In this document: in pieces, positions 61,902 to 64,000 of the stretch
How positions within the stretch are numbered: the stretch's first letter is position 1
Layout of the letters: every line of letters begins with the position of its first letter
Source of the DNA: Minutocellus sp. GHC0000111
Taxonomy: Eukaryota
Length of the DNA stretch: 64,000 nucleotides
Assembly: GCA_977018835.1 (NCBI GenBank)
Contig: OZ361257.1
Span: 3,782,001 to 3,846,000, forward strand
Direction: 5' to 3'
Made by a program: the position numbers and the translations under genes
Notes under the pieces: generated by a model
Seen by the model: the letters and a program-made list of their open reading frames with translations, nothing else
Told to the model about the DNA's origin: nothing
Database searches by the model: none

Positions 61902-62837
61902 TTTCTTCAAAGTCTGGAATCACAGCTTGCATTTGTGAACAATGCTGCTACTCTGCGAGATGTTTTGGATGCATCAAACTTCTTTGCTTCATCAATGGGG
62001 CGTGTCGGAGCAGACTTTCAATGCCTGCTGCCGCCCATGTTTGAAGATAGAATTGCAAGTATTGTTATGAGGCGCTGGTCCAATGGTGTAAAGTCACTTG
62101 ATGTGACTCTTAAGGTGTGTCGCGAAGCCGGATTGGCTGGCCCTTTGAGCAGCACAGCCACAACATCAGTGGGAAGAAGCATTGAAGTTGACAATGGTGA
62201 ACATGGAGCTGATGCAGGGGCTGAAGACGACGCTGTTGATATCGGAACACCATTACCCCCTCGAAGAATTTTGGCGTCTCCTCCATTGGCGCGCTTTATC
62301 AATGCTTTCCTTGACGGCCTGAATGAAGCCCGTCGGTGCCTGTTGCCGGGTTCCTCTGAAACTCTACGCAGGGCAAGTATCCAAGTATTCAGTAGTGTTG
62401 ATGCTATCCTTCAGGCAAATGAGAGGGTTGTCTTGGCTCCTGGACTTCGCGGCGAAGCCGCGAAACTACGAGATGCTGCTGCAAGGATGAGAAAAGACTA
62501 TGCCACTTGTGTTCAGCCATACTTGAAGATGGCAGTCGAATTTTCCATTGGAAGTTTGGACCGTCTTGAGAAAGACCGCCACTTGGAAAACGAAAGGGCT
62601 GCGATAGTGCATACAGAACTTGTTGATTCTTGCCCCAATGACAAGTATGGGGAGACCAAGACGGAAGATGAAGGTGCCGACGGGACTAATGAAGTGAGAG
62701 ATCAAGCAGTCCCTGAGAGACATGCATCTGGTGCTCCAATCTCATCTTATAGTAGAGACCCACTCGAAGAAAATCAAAAGAAGAAGGGGGGAAATTCAGA
62801 GGGGCTTTCAGTGCGATCTATTGTTAAGTCTGATTGA
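61902..62837 (+). CDS. COG8: C-terminal part of COG complex subunit 8 (Dor1); 5' part not found
   Basis: FLQSLESQL...FFASSMGRVGADFQCLLPPMFE and PPRRILASPPLARFINAFLDGLNEARRC; preceded by an in-frame TAG at 61899-61901 (possible acceptor). Confidence 0.78.
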   Translation, partial: FLQSLESQLAFVNNAATLRDVLDASNFFASSMGRVGADFQCLLPPMFEDRIASIVMRRWSNGVKSLDVTLKVCREAGLAGPLSSTATTSVGRSIEVDNGEHGADAGAEDDAVDIGTPLPPRRILASPPLARFINAFLDGLNEARRCLLPGSSETLRRASIQVFSSVDAILQANERVVLAPGLRGEAAKLRDAAARMRKDYATCVQPYLKMAVEFSIGSLDRLEKDRHLENERAAIVHTELVDSCPNDKYGETKTEDEGADGTNEVRDQAVPERHASGAPISSYSRDPLEENQKKKGGNSEGLSVRSIVKSD

Positions 62838-63425
62838 GACGAAAACTCTCAACAAGTAGATCTACTACGTAGTAGGAGTTACACTGTGGAGTGTGCATGG
62901 TGCATGACAGTTTTCCTTGAATTCTGTAGGAGACCCATCGAATCTTACTTGGGCAGACGTATGACGATGAAATATTGATGAGATTGACATAGATCTAATC
63001 AAGCGACTGACCGAGAAGAACATAAAGTACATGTAGACAGAAAAAACCACTAGCTAGATCGAGGAGGAGTACATGTATGAGGAAACCACCACCACCACCA
63101 CTAGCTAGATCTAGAGATAAACGTTTACAAATACATGTGGATTCTAGTCATAGATCTACGTATTCTTCTGATAAAAAGATTATGCTGTTTGTTGTACGGA
63201 TTGCCTCAAACATGTTGATCCTCTCTCTGACAATTCGGTAGATCTAAAAACGTTTTCGTTGATTTATTATAGATCTACATGTACATGTAGATCTGCAGAT
63301 CTAGAGATATCTAATTCCTTATTCCTTGGTCCAAAATACATGTATATAGATCTACTGGTAAATGTAGAGTGCTCTCTAGACTCTAGATCTACATGTTGTA
63401 GATCAAAATATATATATTCCTCCGA

Positions 63426-63926
63426 TTGTGGCCGAGAATGATGGAGAGATACCTCGGCATCGAACCTGGCACCTACAAAACCTTCAAGCCGTCGGAGCCA
63501 GGCCTCATCCCTCCCAGAAGAATGCGAGCGACAACAACGCCCTTCACCCCGACCCGAGACGAAGGCCCACGAGTATGCAGCGCGTGTAACGTCGTCAATT
63601 GTCACCGCCCTTGCCTTTCACCCCTCAGCAGGCCGCCCTTGTGCGATAGCTGTGGATTCAAGCACTTCGAAAACTACAATCTTTGCACCCTCATCGTTGG
63701 AGACGTAGCAGAGACCGAAGATGCCGATGAATCATCCACCCCTCACACCCCTCAGACTCACACCGCCACCTCCACTACTATGTCTCCCATGATCAATGCC
63801 CTCACCGAAGCTACAGTAACATCGGTTATCGGTAACATCGAGGAAGGCACAAGTGCAACCGTGCTTACTAGAATCACGAGGAGCAGAGCAAACAGGATGT
63901 CTTCATTGTCCTCGGTCCATCTATAA
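63426..63926 (+). CDS. Repeat-associated Cys/His-rich ORF fragment (CSAC...CHRPC...CDSC...H...C)
   Basis: Open for 166 codons; a diverged paralog at 56.5-57.3 kb conserves amino acids, implying past coding constraint. Confidence 0.5.
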   Translation: MWPRMMERYLGIEPGTYKTFKPSEPGLIPPRRMRATTTPFTPTRDEGPRVCSACNVVNCHRPCLSPLSRPPLCDSCGFKHFENYNLCTLIVGDVAETEDADESSTPHTPQTHTATSTTMSPMINALTEATVTSVIGNIEEGTSATVLTRITRSRANRMSSLSSVHL

Positions 63927-64000
63927 CTCGTAGAAGGTCTACTGAAGTCTCTACTGATCAAAAAGACTATCTTCGTCGTCATCGTCGCTTTCATCGTCGT

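Overview
Eukaryotic nuclear DNA, most likely from a centric diatom or close stramenopile: short GT-AG introns, signal peptide + 'AF' plastid-targeting motifs on ClpC, a sigma factor and a SAP-like protein, and an axonemal dynein. Host genes: partial GDGLCC-motif protein, plastid ClpC/B, an apparently intronless 14.5-kb outer-arm dynein heavy chain, myotubularin, MFS transporter, AP2-like Gln-rich protein, DGDG synthase, plastid SAP-like protein, DBP2/p68 helicase, divergent kinesin, plastid sigma-70 factor and a COG8 3' fragment. Many carry frameshifts or in-frame stops, which means either regional pseudogenisation or assembly error. Mobile DNA: a two-gene tyrosine-recombinase (Crypton-like) element with an inverted RxxH catalytic motif; a TTAA-flanked Kolobok-like element with an internally deleted transposase and an OB-fold+KolX gene; at least four TA-flanked MITE families; an RTE-like LINE relic; 199-bp tandem arrays; a 1735-bp tandem duplication. 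The most striking signal is that intergenic DNA is saturated with TA-NNNN-TA palindromes (TACATGTA, TAGATCTA, TACCGGTA, TAGGCCTA). Paralog comparison shows several are insertions at TA, and their cores match the terminal dinucleotides of the four MITE families. This suggests a self-renewing cycle of transposon excision footprints. All family assignments come from recognising motifs by eye; no searches were run.
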